A DNA stretch of 62,240 nt, filler included, from Choristocarpus tenellus KU-1152 (taxonomy: Eukaryota > Protista > Phaeophyceae): assembly GCA_964200185.2 (NCBI GenBank). It is 12 parts of 12 records of this genome, joined end to end, with 100 filler letters (N's around TTAATTAATTAA, not from the genome) between each part and the next. Parts side by side here need not be neighbours in the genome. Positions count along the whole stretch, not along the records: positions 25,289 to 32,003 come from CAXNAD020007502.1; positions 32,104 to 36,954 come from CAXNAD020012798.1; positions 37,055 to 39,711 come from CAXNAD020025904.1; 9 more parts are not named here. One strand, 5' to 3'. Under the pieces are notes generated by a model. That model did not search any database, was not told the DNA's origin, and saw only the letters and a list, made by a program, of their open reading frames with translations. A program made the translations under genes and the position numbers. This document shows positions 25,289 to 37,876 of the stretch, piece after piece (positions within the stretch are counted from its first letter, which is position 1; the number at the start of each line of letters is the position of its first letter).

Positions 25289-27450
25289 CTGCTACTTCCA
25301 TGTGCTTCCCACCCAAGAGTCCCCTGCCCTTGCTTGTGGCAATGCCCCTGCACCTGCCAAGGGCCCAACCCCCCCTCTCTGCACACACTCTGCTCGGCTG
25401 TCAAGGCTATCCCTGTTTGGTCAAGGGAGTTCCCTCCAGCTTTGGCCAACATCTCCTGACTAGAAAACCCTCCAGTTAGATGGGAGAAGATTGGGTGGGC
25501 CATGGTGGGAAACAGGCCATTTCCCCTGCCCACAAGCATCTTGCCTCCTGATGGCACTGTGGTCATAACTGCCGCAGCCATAGATCCAGGGGCTGCAGCT
25601 GATCTTGGATGGACAGTGGTAGTGTAAGCTGAGCTGGTGACAGGCAGATGGGCTCCCCAGAGTCGACCCAGTGGTGCCAAAGGCTGCTGGGTCGCTTGTC
25701 CTCCTGTACTGTTTCCCCTACTCCTACCCCCACCTGCATCACTCACAGTCACCTTTTGTGCTCCAGATATCAAGCTCCCTTCATCGCTACTCGCTGATCT
25801 CTTCTTAGCAGACACTGGATCTGACCTTAAGGCCATGGTGGCTACAATGGCAGCAGCAACCGACTCTGGCAAAGCTTGTGGCTTAGGCTCAATCTTGACT
25901 ACAGATGTAGCAAAGGAAGAAGAGGAAGTGGATACTGAGGAGGATGAGCTTGGCCCCACTGATGACTGGCACCTGACTTGGGGAGGCCCCTGATTCGACT
26001 CTTGTTGCATTTGACAGTCTGCCTCCTCCCCCTCACTCAACCCCTGTGCACCTCCTCCAGCACCAGTGCAACTGTTGTTTAGGTCAATAGCTTCTACCAA
26101 TAGGTGTAAGCCCCCATGGCCTGAGTCCTTTGAGGCACCAAAGGGTGATCGAGCTTTCTCCGTCTTTAACTTCACATCTGGGCCTGTTACATGGGGCTCT
26201 GCTGAAGCAGTGGTCCAGGCCTCTGAGCATTCCAGAACTGGCGCTTGAGCTGAATCTTTACCTTGGGTTGGGGTTGGGGCCTGCACAAGGACTGAAGATG
26301 AAGATGTGCACACCTGGGTCATGTGAGAGGTTGACTGCGGGACAGCAGATGCCTTTGGTGATCCAGGTTGCGCCAACTGAGTGCATGCAGCCGAGCTCCC
26401 TTTCATGTCCACATGGGCATGTTCAGTCTTCCTCCTGCTCGTGGGTCGCCTACTTACTGCCCTGTTTCTGTAAGCAGAGGGGTAGGGGGGGGTGAAGGCA
26501 GCAGTACCCCCTCCTACCTGCCTGAAGGCCGTTGCCACTGCTACAGCGGCACCTGTTGTTGAGGTTGGAGTTGAAGGCAATGATGAAGACAGAGCGCATA
26601 TAGAAGAGGAAGAGGAGGAAGACGACCCAGCAGTGGGGAGAGAAGTTGCCAGAGTTGGTTGGCACACATGATTCACCAGCTTTCGCTTGCGATCAATAGT
26701 GGCTTTTGAAGTTGAGGTTGTCACAGCACCCGCCGCCTTCGCTTTGGTTGAGAGTGGAGAGAGCCGATCACCCAATGAACTATTACCGCCTCTTGAATTG
26801 GTGTTGTCATCTTCCCCGCTGCTGACATTGTTCCCACGAAGTGAGACTTTCCCACCTCTGAACGCCTCCGTGCTACCAGCACAAGTAGGAGGCACCAACA
26901 TCGACACAGATGGAGCATTAGTTGCCTTTGAGGACGGAATGCGGGCGTTTGAGGTGGGTGGTACACCCCATTCCATTTGAGCAGACGGAGCACGATGTTC
27001 CAAGGCTTCCAAATTAATGTATCCATAGCACGGATGGTAGGATGAATGTGGCGTGTGTCCAGTAGTGACAGGCTGTGGTCCAGGGGAAATGGTGGGCACT
27101 GAAGAGGGACTTGAGGCCCCAGAATACTGATAGTATGCAAGCAAAGGCGACTGCTGGTGGTGGAGTTGCTGTTGTTGTTGCTGCTGGGCGCGAGCTGTCT
27201 GGGCGCGAGGCACGCCATAGTACATCTGAGCGCGGTGTGCATGGTGTTGGTGGTAGAAGAGAGGGAAGGTGTGAGGTGCCATCTGCAAAGTATTCGGGTG
27301 CGTCAATGTCACGCGCCGATCACCTTCCACCTTACCAAGCAGGCCAGATTGAATCTGTGTCATATAGGGAGCAGGGGTAGAAAAGGTTACAGGTGGGAAG
27401 GGTGAGATGAGCCAACTTGGGGAAATACGCTGAGACTGTAGAAGCATCAC
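25289..27450 (-). CDS. Large exon of an unknown low-complexity (S/A/P/Q-rich) protein, 3' open at contig end
   Basis: About 720 codons without a stop, GC-richer than flanks, poly-Q, basic RKRK cluster, GLHLLVEAIDL amphipathic motif; true start and splice sites uncertain. Confidence 0.6.
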
Positions 27451-30400
27451 AAGTTACTAGGCCAAGAGTGACTTGTCAATACCTTCCAAGACAAGAGGGG
27501 ACTTTTCCAATGTCCAGTTAATAGCATGCGTTCAAAGAGTATGCTTTGCTAATATAGCACTACCTACTGCACCTGCAGCACTAGATTTTGGGGGAGAAGT
27601 TTGGACGGAAGTGTGCCATTCTTGTGTGGATGAATCTTAATCGAGTAAGCCTTAACAAGTGAGTGGGCAAGGTGGACATATCAGCTGTAATACAATTGAG
27701 ACAGAGGTGCTCACAATGCGACAACAAGAATACGTCCAGAGTAACAACCATCGTCGATCAGGTGTGCCGAAGACTGACTACACCATCACCTCCACCATTG
27801 TTTCCATGCACCATTTGTATGACACTGAAAAACAATTGGGTCCTCAACAAAAGAGAATGTCACAGAGATTGCATCGACATGTTGAAATTCGGGATAATTA
27901 ACCAGAGAGGAGAGGCTGACAAGCGCTGTGGCCATTGTCAGAAATGGTGGACCTACGATGACCCCAAATGAAAAGAAACTTCAATAAGGTGCACGCAGAG
28001 CAAGCCCCAGGGCTCATTTGCGCTAAGGATTAGTGGACCTGCATGGGAAAGAGTAGTAGGGAGTAATCAGGTCAACAGGTACAAATCACATACCCTTCCC
28101 TTGTAGTATTCTTCTGGAGAGATGTGGGACCGCTGCATGTTCCCAGCAGCAACGTGATGAATCGCAATCTCCTCCGACGGATGACATCCTCCGATGACCG
28201 AAGAGGAAGCGGAATTGTTCTCAACTGACGTGCGGGCCATGGAGAATTCGACCAAAGAGTCACACCCTATCCACCCCACCTTGAACGACCACGTATCGTA
28301 CTTAAGAGGGGAGATTAGATGCACTCTAGGATCTTTCCTGATGAATGCCTGGAGAAAGAAAGCGCCAATCCACTAGACAACCACTCCTGGGATGAATGAC
28401 ATATGAATAGGGGTAGGTCTGTGTTCTCCCCCTAGGTTTCAGAGAAAAATCCTTGCAAAACCCTCCGCAATGTGCAAGACGTTGCTACACGAAGGGGTAG
28501 TTCTTACCACTACCGTAAAACGTAAAATGCACACTTGTGGGAATGCGGAATAGTGGTGAGTTCCTTTCCTTTCATTTTGTACTTGATGTGACACCTGCTT
28601 TCACTTCTCTAGCTAAAGACACGACCAGATCCGTTTTGGGGTGCTTCATCGACCAATCAGATAACCGACCAGTACAATGGTTTTTACAGAAACATCACTA
28701 GTTCGAATAAGATATTAGTTCCAATCTCCTTGAGCGATTGGAAAAAACCTTGAAAGTTGAAACTTTGAAGATAAAACACTTGAAAATAGAATTTAATGCA
28801 GGATCAATGTAAGCAGCAACGTGACACCTGAAACAGGATGAAGCGTCACCAATGAATAGACAACAGAATTTCTAGTGGCGAGATCATTTTCGATATGATG
28901 TCATCTCCATGACAATATCACTAAAATGTGAGGCTTGATATAAATACCGTAAGGTTTTTGAAACATATATTGGATGGTACGTACTTCCAAATTACACAGG
29001 AGAAAATCAAGAAAAACAGGTAGAGAGGACATTCAACATGACTCGTTGTAAGAAGTAGCATTCTCCAAATTGTAGAATTACTGTTGTAAAACCAATCAAT
29101 GAATAGACCTGAAAAGGAATATGGGCGACATCATTGTAATAATGGTTCATGGTTCCATATATTAGAATATTTTGTTGGATTCTATTTCATAGTGATGGTG
29201 TGATAGTGTGGCGGAGATACAAATGTCATATCATGCCATTGGCTATTAATTAATTTCCTACTTGAATATAAGCCAATAGCAGCCTACAGTTTATTTACAA
29301 TATGTATGATAGGAAATGACAGGAAATTTCACAATAATACTTACTTCTACTACATACTTGTACGTAGTGTATACGTACCTTGAAATATAGGTCTTAAAAG
29401 CCACAACTAACAAAAAGTATTACCTAAAAAGGTTCCAGATACAAACACACCAAGGTCACAAATAGTATCATATTATTGATATTATTTTCTTGTACAATAA
29501 TAGTCAGTTGATGATATACCATAGATGACATGTCTAAAATTAACGCTCTCCCAAATCACGTCTGAATTCATTCCACTTGTATATTCATGGGACTTGCCAT
29601 CAAAAGTACACTTATGATGAGCTTTCGGAGTTTCGAAACTTGTATGTTCACGGGATTTGCCACCAATACACTGATGATGAGTTTTTGGAGTTTCGAAACT
29701 TGTGGATTATGGTGTAAGGGGTGTGGGGTTGCGAAGCTAAAAGATTTCAGGATGTCAAGAAGGATTTATGGGAATGAGGGCTGTTGTTAGTGACATTATG
29801 TCCGTGTTATCATACTGTTTCTTTGATCTAATCTTCTGGAATACGTTATATCCCATCTTCAATGCAAATTGTTCCACGTTGTTACTATGTAACAGAGTAA
29901 TCATTGTTGACCAAAATTATACATGGTGGATCGCTTTTTGAAGTTGGGGTATTGATAAATATTGTGGAAGAAGAGGAGAAAGAACGTACTGGCTTCTTTT
30001 CATCATTGTAACTAACATAATATACATAATACAGTTTATTACAAGTAATAGTATGACTGGACCGTTGCGGTGTTACCCCTACCCCAAAAGAATTCTCATC
30101 CACTTCTCTTTTTCGGTTTTGTTTTTGTCAACCTTTTCGATTTATATTAATAATTTCTACTACACTCTCAATTGTTCAACTTTGATGTTCAAAATGATCA
30201 ATGAAAATTGGTCAAGAATGGTCTCATCCACCCTCCGTTCAGTTTTGCCTTGTTCAGAAATGCCTCAAAATTGTCGTATAATTGGGGAATAATTGTCACT
30301 TGTCACGATTTTCCGTTTCGAAATGCCCAAGAAAGGGAAAAAACTAAAGGAAACGGGGGTGGAAACGTGCGTATATAGGAGATGACCTTGACCATCAGAA

Positions 30401-31164
30401 TCGTGATCTGACGGTATCATCTTTAATAATACAGTACTTCCTACTATCTAATAATACCCTTACTCCTTTGGACTCGATTTGAACAGGGAATTTCACTCCC
30501 AAAACAGATTGTGTACAACATTGAAAGATTGCAGACATATGAGGTTGTAAGGGTTGAAATTACTATAAAATCGTTTTCTCCTTCCGATTTTTATTCCACA
30601 TGATGGGTAAGAATCATATTACAAAAATACCTCCTGATAAAAATGCCACATTCAGTTGCATTTTGAGTTTTGGATAATAGGTATGATTGAAGGATATAAG
30701 GAAGCCAGTTATTTGAGATGAGAGAGTGAGATAGTAGAATGTTCTGACTGGATAGATGCCTCTTTATGACTGACACATGTCAGCTGACATGGATTATATA
30801 ATCAATTTTAGATGTTTTTGTTCTAGGTCTTAGGCCTTGACGATCACTTGATGCTTGGTTGAGTCTAGGAAGGATTAATCAAAAGTCTACGCTGTGGGGG
30901 CCTCTTCTTTGGTGGGTCTTCATCTGGCTTTCATTGTTCACCTGGGGTTCCATTCCAGTCGATCTTGTTGGAGGTTGCCATTATCCGCACGTCCAAAACC
31001 ACACGCACAAAAAAATATCCTTTCTCATCAGGCCTCTACGTGGAAACAGGGTTGTCCTATAGTTTCATCGATCACATTTGGGGCACTAATTGCCTTCACA
31101 TCTACAACACAGCACTCAAAAAACTCCAACAGATCTGTTACAAAATGCTCCACAATCCATCATA

Positions 31165-31925
31165 ATGGGATTATATAGCTCCAACCCTCAGGCCTATATG
31201 GTGTAGACGAGGCTTGTAGAAGACACCTTAATGGAAACATCATCAATATGCTGGACCTCTCACTTAGATTATCCATTGCTTTCATTGGGTTATACACCTA
31301 GGACTAAACAACCCTTCCTGCCAAATGGATGGCGTCATATTTACGAAATAATAACTAAATATTCAAGAAATAAATATACAAAATCTAGCACTTCAAGATC
31401 ATAATGACGTTTATGAAACCGCTGATACGTCACATCGCCTATAACATGCCCCCCCCAGCATAAACTATAGCTGCTTTAATGCGAAGAGCATGTGATTGGG
31501 CAAGGATGTAAAGTGTCACCCCTTATCCTACCATGAACATAGCAGAAATTAAGAGAATTCCTGGTCTTAACATATCAGTAGGTAGCGTTGGGGATCCAGC
31601 GGAGGAGGAAACGTGGAAGAAAAAAACCTTTCCAACGGTTGCTCGGAAGACAGGTAGACTATCGTGACACTTGCACCTCACAGCACTCACTCTGCATTTG
31701 ACTCAACTTTCAAGAGAAAACCTCCTACACCAGAATCTCACACTCGTGTCAAAATGGGTTGCTGTCATAAAAGGACTCTCCTCCTTTCAAAACTATGAAA
31801 CAAAAAAAAAATACAGACACAAAAATAATGTCGCACAGTCTCAAAGAAATGGGGTACTGCCATAGAAAGGCTCTCCCTCTCTAAGAACTACGAACATGTA
31901 AAAAAATACCGACAAAATTTACGAA
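31165..31925 (+). repeat. Unidentified dispersed repeat, copy A
   Basis: Aligns by eye with the reverse complement of 32445-33160 (e.g. GCGTTGGGGATCC.GCGGAGGAGGAA; ATAGCTCCAA..GCTTGTAG..ATGYTGGA.MTCTCAC) and partly with 32127-32370. Confidence 0.7.
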
Positions 31926-32103
31926 CTAACAAAACTGTGAATCGTGTGATTCTGTGGCGGCGTGGTTCACTCAGGCAAGGGTGGCGAAGAGAATCACCGG
32001 GCANNNNNNNNNNNNNNNNNNNNNNNNNNNNNNNNNNNNNNNNNNNNTTAATTAATTAANNNNNNNNNNNNNNNNNNNNNNNNNNNNNNNNNNNNNNNNN
32101 NNN

Positions 32104-32126
32104 TCCCCTCCCAGATACTTTGGGTC
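32104..32126. mobile_element. MITE family 1 terminus (CCCAGATACTTTGGGTC), at contig start
   Basis: TIR match; interrupts repeat copy C. Confidence 0.7.
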
Positions 32127-33160
32127 ATTATGACATTGAAGTTCTAGATTTGATATATTTGTACTACTTGATTATTTATTTATTATTTGGTCACTATGGT
32201 CCCCGATTGCGATAAGACATCGTGGATCAGTTTCTTTCTTATATGATGATATTGATGTTAATTCAAGTGAGAGATCCAGCATACCTGACGACTTGTGCAT
32301 CAGGAGTCCTATGCGTACATCAGTATCATCTATAGGCCCGTAGATTGGAGCTATACATCCCGTGGAGGTAAGCTTTCTGGGGCTCCTGTAACAGAAGTAA
32401 CAGAAGAGTCTTTTCAATGATTGTGCCCTACTTCTATATTATTGTGAGACATTATTTCCTGTATTTGTTTATGCTCATTGTCTTAGGGAGGGAGGGCCTT
32501 TCTATGGCAATATCCTTTTTCTTTGAAAGGGAGACAGTCCTTTCATGGTAGTACCCTATTTTGACGCGAGCAGTGTGCGACTCTGGTGTAGGAGGTTTTG
32601 CGTTAAACGTTGGGTCAATGGCAAAGTGAGTGCTGTGAGGTGCGAGTATCACGCTGGCATATCTGTCGAGAGGGCAAACGCTGGATGCGGGTTTCCCTCC
32701 AAACTTCCTCCTCCGCCGGATCCCCAACGCTGCGTACTGAATTGTTTAGTCCTGGAAGTGACAATAATTTTATTCCTACAATGATCGAGATAGGACAGGG
32801 AGTGATACTTCTTCTCGTTGTCTAATCACCAGTTCTTCGTATTGAAGCAGATATGCTTCATGCTGGGGGGATATGTTGCAGGCGAGGTGTCTTACTGGCA
32901 GTTTCGTAAACGCCATTGTGACCTTGAAGTCCAAGATTTGATATATTGTACTTCTTGACTATTTGTTTTCTATAATAATCATGGTAAGGCCATATATATA
33001 CCTTAGCCATCATGACAATCCTTTCTGTATACCCCAATCAAACCAATAGAATGAATAATCGTTGTGAGATATCCAACATATTTGAAGATGTTTCTATTAA
33101 GATTCCCTCTACAAGCTTCATCTACACTCCACAGGCTTGTGGATTGGAGCTATCTATCTC
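32127..33160 (-). repeat. Unidentified dispersed repeat, copies C (32127-32370) and B (32445-33160)
   Basis: Reverse-complement similarity to 31165-31925. Confidence 0.7.
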
Positions 33161-34042
33161 GTCATGGTAAGCTTGTGGAGTGTTTATTATGAATACCACC
33201 TCAACAACACAATCTCAGAGCTCTTCTATCTCATCCTGCGATGCCTTCTTCTCACCTCCTTCGCAACTTTTTACTCCAAACTCAGATCTTCTGACTCTAT
33301 GGCATCCTTGATGACAGTCTTCCCGTCGTCATGGCGTTAATTGTCTTTCCTGGAACACCGTTAGGAGTTTTGCTCTTGGTTTCGACTTCTTCCACATCAT
33401 CTAACCAAAAACTGAGCGTAACACTTTCATACTCTCACCGTAATTGTAAGGGAAGAGCACCATTGGTCTAAGATTGGCACATGCATTCTCCCAAGCCTTG
33501 ACTACTCCACCATAGGTGAATTTCCACACCTTTTGGGGCGAAGCACCTGATAGAAAGGGGTCCAACGTGTACAAAGCAAGAGCAGTGGTCAAAAACAGGA
33601 TTCAGGGCGCTAGTCTATGCAATTTACTATATCCCAAATGATTTTTTGTTCTACAATAGTCAGGGATGATCCTGAACCGAGCCAAGATTCACTATACACT
33701 ACACTACTTCGAATACTGTCATTGACTTACTGCTGCACTATGTCTAATTATACTTCCTTTTCTGTCAATTTACGTTCAGCACTCCCATCACCTGTCGCTC
33801 CTCTCCTTCCTTGAATCTTCTGGTGGACCCCGCCCCAACGCTTTCTCCACTTTTATCTCGTTTTGGAATTTTGTGGTGTAGTACAAGCGGTTGTGCTTGC
33901 CATGTATGGAATAACAAAATCGAAACCAGGGTTTCGTGAAAAGAAGTCTGGCGTCGGAAGGATTCGAACTCTCTAAAATTCCCCAAAATTCACTACTTAT
34001 TGTTTCAACAGAATCGTTTGACATATAAAGGAAACAATTTAT

Positions 34043-34116
34043 CGGTCCCGGTGAGGATTGAACTCACGACCTCACGATAGACAGTCGAACGCTCCAACCA
34101 GCTGAGCTACGGGACC
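34043..34116 (-). tRNA. tRNA gene or pseudogene with GTC (Asp) anticodon on a tRNA-Asn-like body
   Basis: Cloverleaf: acceptor GGTCCCG/CGGGACC plus G73, D-arm GCTC/GAGC, T-arm GTGAG-TTCAATC-CTCAC. Anticodon arm TTCGA-CTGTCTA-TCGTG has a T.T mismatch and T37. A-box and B-box intact. Confidence 0.8.
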
Positions 34117-35116
34117 AATTAAGGCGATATCGGAAGAAATTGCTTAAGGATTTAGATCTTTGAACCCAGTCAAAATTGTAAGTTTGAACAAGAAATGGGC
34201 AACTCCCAAAGGATTTCTGAATTGGAAAAAAAAAAAGGACAAAAGATCTCTATATCCAAGATAACGCTGCAATCCTCTGATGACGTACAACATTGAGCCA
34301 GGTCATAATATCCTTGAGATAGAGAAATGTGTAATGGAATAAGGGGGGTGAGGTAGGATGTGATATAATTCCTCTGAGATTGGTGATTAGCATTAATAGT
34401 ATGATACAGCAACGAGGGTTGGGGTGGATACCCATGTGAAGTGAATACCCTCTCAGTACCACCAAAACCACCATTAGTGCCGAGCAACTATGGCTTGATC
34501 AGAGCCAGAACTACTGATATTCCCCAAGATTGTAATGAGGATGAATGAGCTAACGTGAGAAATTAAACTTCCTACGATAGAATATTGAAAAGATTTATCG
34601 CGTGCACTGTCCAAGCTGGGGTCCTCATAAAGAAAATTACTACAGAGTGACAAAGGTCCCGAATGGACGCCTGACACCACCACTAGGATACTATGGGCCT
34701 GGATTCACGGTCAGAGCTTTCCCTACTTCTCCCCGTTCCTTGGCCTCTCTCTCATTAGCCAAGTATCTGGATTGGGCAGCCTCCTCAATCTCTGCCCTAT
34801 TCCGGCCTTCTTTTCCATGCTGCTGAAGATGATGTTTTGTGATTGTGTAGTCCTCATTCAAATAATCAAGCATTAGGATTTGTACAATTTGATATCACAT
34901 TTTGTGCATTGACATGTCGAGCCCATTTGTACAGTCAGCCATGGTGGTGAAGATTATCTGATGGTCACCTCCCGTCGCGGCATATTTATGTTCAGCGCCT
35001 TTCTTTGCAGTCTAACAGCTTCTTCATCCGAGCAGACCAGAACATGGGAGATCAACTTGTCCATGCCCTAATGGTGATGCAGCATTCCTGACAATACTGT
35101 GGTACAATCCGCCAGT

Positions 35117-35379
35117 GAGTCAATTTAAACTAAAAGTACACAGGTTTTTTGACCGTTTTGCATTTTAAGTCTGTTTTTCAATATCTTGCAATTCATATAT
35201 ATTTCTATGGATGAAGGTCTAAGTTTGACTTGAGAGTGTTCATTTCTCTATTGCTTGAAACGTTTATGATACAATTTGGAAAATGTATTTTTTATAATTC
35301 TCTAAGCCGAATTTTCCACATATTTGTCAACATCCTTAAAATGCAACTCTGGGTACCTCTCCCTCACTTTAACTCTGTG
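35117..35379. mobile_element. MITE family 2 copy (~260 bp, imperfect TIR GAGTCAA..GTAC.CAG / CTGGGTACCTCT..CACTTTAACTCTGTG)
   Basis: Full-length similarity to 52614-52868 and to the reverse complement of 55356-55615; ends are inverted repeats. Confidence 0.7.
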
Positions 35380-35784
35380 CTCCTCAACAGTATGTCATAA
35401 GCTTGTGCCTTCTTGGCCTAGTCAACTGTCTTCCTCACCTACTCCTTCAGGCTCCTTAAAAGGTTAGTCACCTACACAAAGAGCTTTGCCATCCACTTCC
35501 AGTACTACATCCAGGCCGGTCCCCCTTGGTCTCCAGGTACGACTGAGGGTGAATTTCATCGACTTGGTTAGATACCCTTCTGGGTCCATTCCTTGTGAGC
35601 CTTGTGAGCGCTTTCAGCCATGCTAGAGTTCCAGTCAACCGTGCCTCCTCTACCCAAGGTGGCAATGCTGAAGAACGTTGAAAGCTTGTGGAATACGAAA
35701 CTTGTCAACGAGTTGTCCGATAGGATTAGGTTCGATCAACAGTAAATTTTGATCTCGCTTTGGACTGTTCTCCATTCACCACAT

Positions 35785-36377
35785 GACCCAAAGTATCTGG
35801 GGGGGGGGGTGTTGAACTATCCCACACTGGACCCGCGGCGTTTAGATTTTGCTTTAATGAAGGACAAAGAACAGCTTGATATAGATGAACAATGTTAATA
35901 TTACAAGTGCCTTCGAGGTATCTACTCCGATGACTGGGAAGGTGGGTAAGACCAGTGCAGCCTACCATGTGGGATTTGCAACGTCCACATGGATAATCAG
36001 AAATGAATACAGTCACTGCATCATATATGGTTAGTGCAGACTTCAACTAAGATACACCGAAACAATTATGTGTCACTACCTTTTCCTTCATTACTCCTAT
36101 ACCCCATTACTCCATTATCCCATTATTCCTTTACTCCATTATTCCATTATCCCACTGGTAGTATTTATCTTTCCTAATCTACTTCACTGATGGTGTCTAT
36201 AGTGTATCAGCAGCACTATCTACGAACTGGGGGGTCTACTCCAAAGTGTCCATTTGGACCAAAACCAGGAAAATTATACTTTCATTATCCACATGGAACC
36301 AAATCACCTAAAAATCGCGGCATAAAACAATTGGCTCCAAACGGACAGCTGCTACCCCCCCCCAGATACTTTGAGCC
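35785..36377. mobile_element. MITE family 1, 593-bp (possibly composite) copy with both TIRs and a CAT 3-bp direct repeat on each side
   Basis: CAT|GACCCAAAGTATCTG(G)n ... (C)nAGATACTTTGAGCC|CAT. Confidence 0.75.
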
Positions 36378-37810
36378 CATGGCACTCAGTCCCACAGCTC
36401 TTTGGGTCATATAATGTGCCCTCCTATCAGCATCTGACTCAATATACGATGTATGACATAATGTGCCATTTCTCTTCAAGCTGTTGCATGGATCATTATA
36501 TGAAAGCATCACTTAGTGTTTCGTGCTTGTACTAGCACTCGCAATAGCACAGAACCAAATCGACTGAAACGTTTGCAAGGTTGCATTTGAAGGATCCCAA
36601 GAATACGCCGTTTCAAAAAATTGCAGATAGAGACTTTGCGTAATTATGGTGTCACTTTGTGTATGGAGTAAGGGAATATCAATTTTCACACATCATTGTA
36701 CACATATAGCAGTAAAATTAAATGTATTGGAAGGGTAAGAAGCATGGCTTTTTGTGCAAAAGGGTCTAAGTCTGCCTACTTCTCAATTGGTTTTGCTCAC
36801 AGTTCACTGTGATAGGTTGAGTCACTGCTCCCCACCTTCAGTGACTTCGGTGACTGCCAGGCGGAACATCATATAGGACCAACATTGGAATTTAGTTTAC
36901 AAATGAAACGAGCGACTCCAGGGGTGCCAACGCTTCGAACCTTGACATCAGGGTNNNNNNNNNNNNNNNNNNNNNNNNNNNNNNNNNNNNNNNNNNNNTT
37001 AATTAATTAANNNNNNNNNNNNNNNNNNNNNNNNNNNNNNNNNNNNNNNNNNNNCCCCTTGACAACATCTGTACTGTCAGTGGACTTACTATGCTATATA
37101 TTTAGGTTGGTTGGTTTGTTGGTTGATTGTGACACATTACTTGTTATTGAATATATAGTAAGGGACAGTAGATAAAGAAGTCCAAGCTAATGGGAAAAGG
37201 ATTCAAACAAGTGCACTCAAGTGCAGTAAAATAAAATTATGTTCCAACTTTCATCACTAGCTGCACCTGTCTGATTGGTTTGACATAAAACAAGGACTGA
37301 TGGCATTGGTCCAACTCCTGGAAATAGCAGACCCAAGGCCCGCTGAGGCAGGTCCCCACTCACTCGAATGCAAGTGGGATTTTTACATTTTTACAGCAGT
37401 TAGGAGATGTTGTGGTGGTGGCACAAGGCTTGGCGGGGATGTGTGAAAGCTGTCTGTCACCTGTTGCATGCTACAGACCTTGCATGTGGTACTGCGTGTT
37501 CTTATCTCCCTAATATTGTGATGCACTGAAGGGACAAGAATAGCAGTTACCCCATAGAGTGGTGTCACATATAGTGGAGGCGTTTTCCTCATCAATGAAG
37601 CGTTAGAAACGCCCTCGTCAAGCTCCAAGCTGTAGCGTTGTCAGTACCTCTGTGGCATGGATTTAAGCTGTGGTGATGATTGTGCGCCACTCGTTCCTCC
37701 TGTTGATGTCTCTGCTTAGGGTTTTGCATATCGTTTGGCGTGTTCGAGTCTCTCTGTATTTGTATATTTTACTACGATTTTGTACTGCACAAAAAAAAAA
37801 CAGTTTAAAA

Positions 37811-37846
<36 letters not shown>

Positions 37847-37876
37847 AATTGTTTCTTTTTTTTGCTTCAAAAAAAG

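Noticed and set aside
28067-28324. Candidate first exon for the 737-aa minus-strand ORF (good GTATGT donor)
   Set aside because: Could not find a phase-compatible, stop-free connection to the large exon
34691-35100. Possible retrotransposon gag remnant
   Set aside because: Charged helical ORF fragment only; no intact knuckle or other signature
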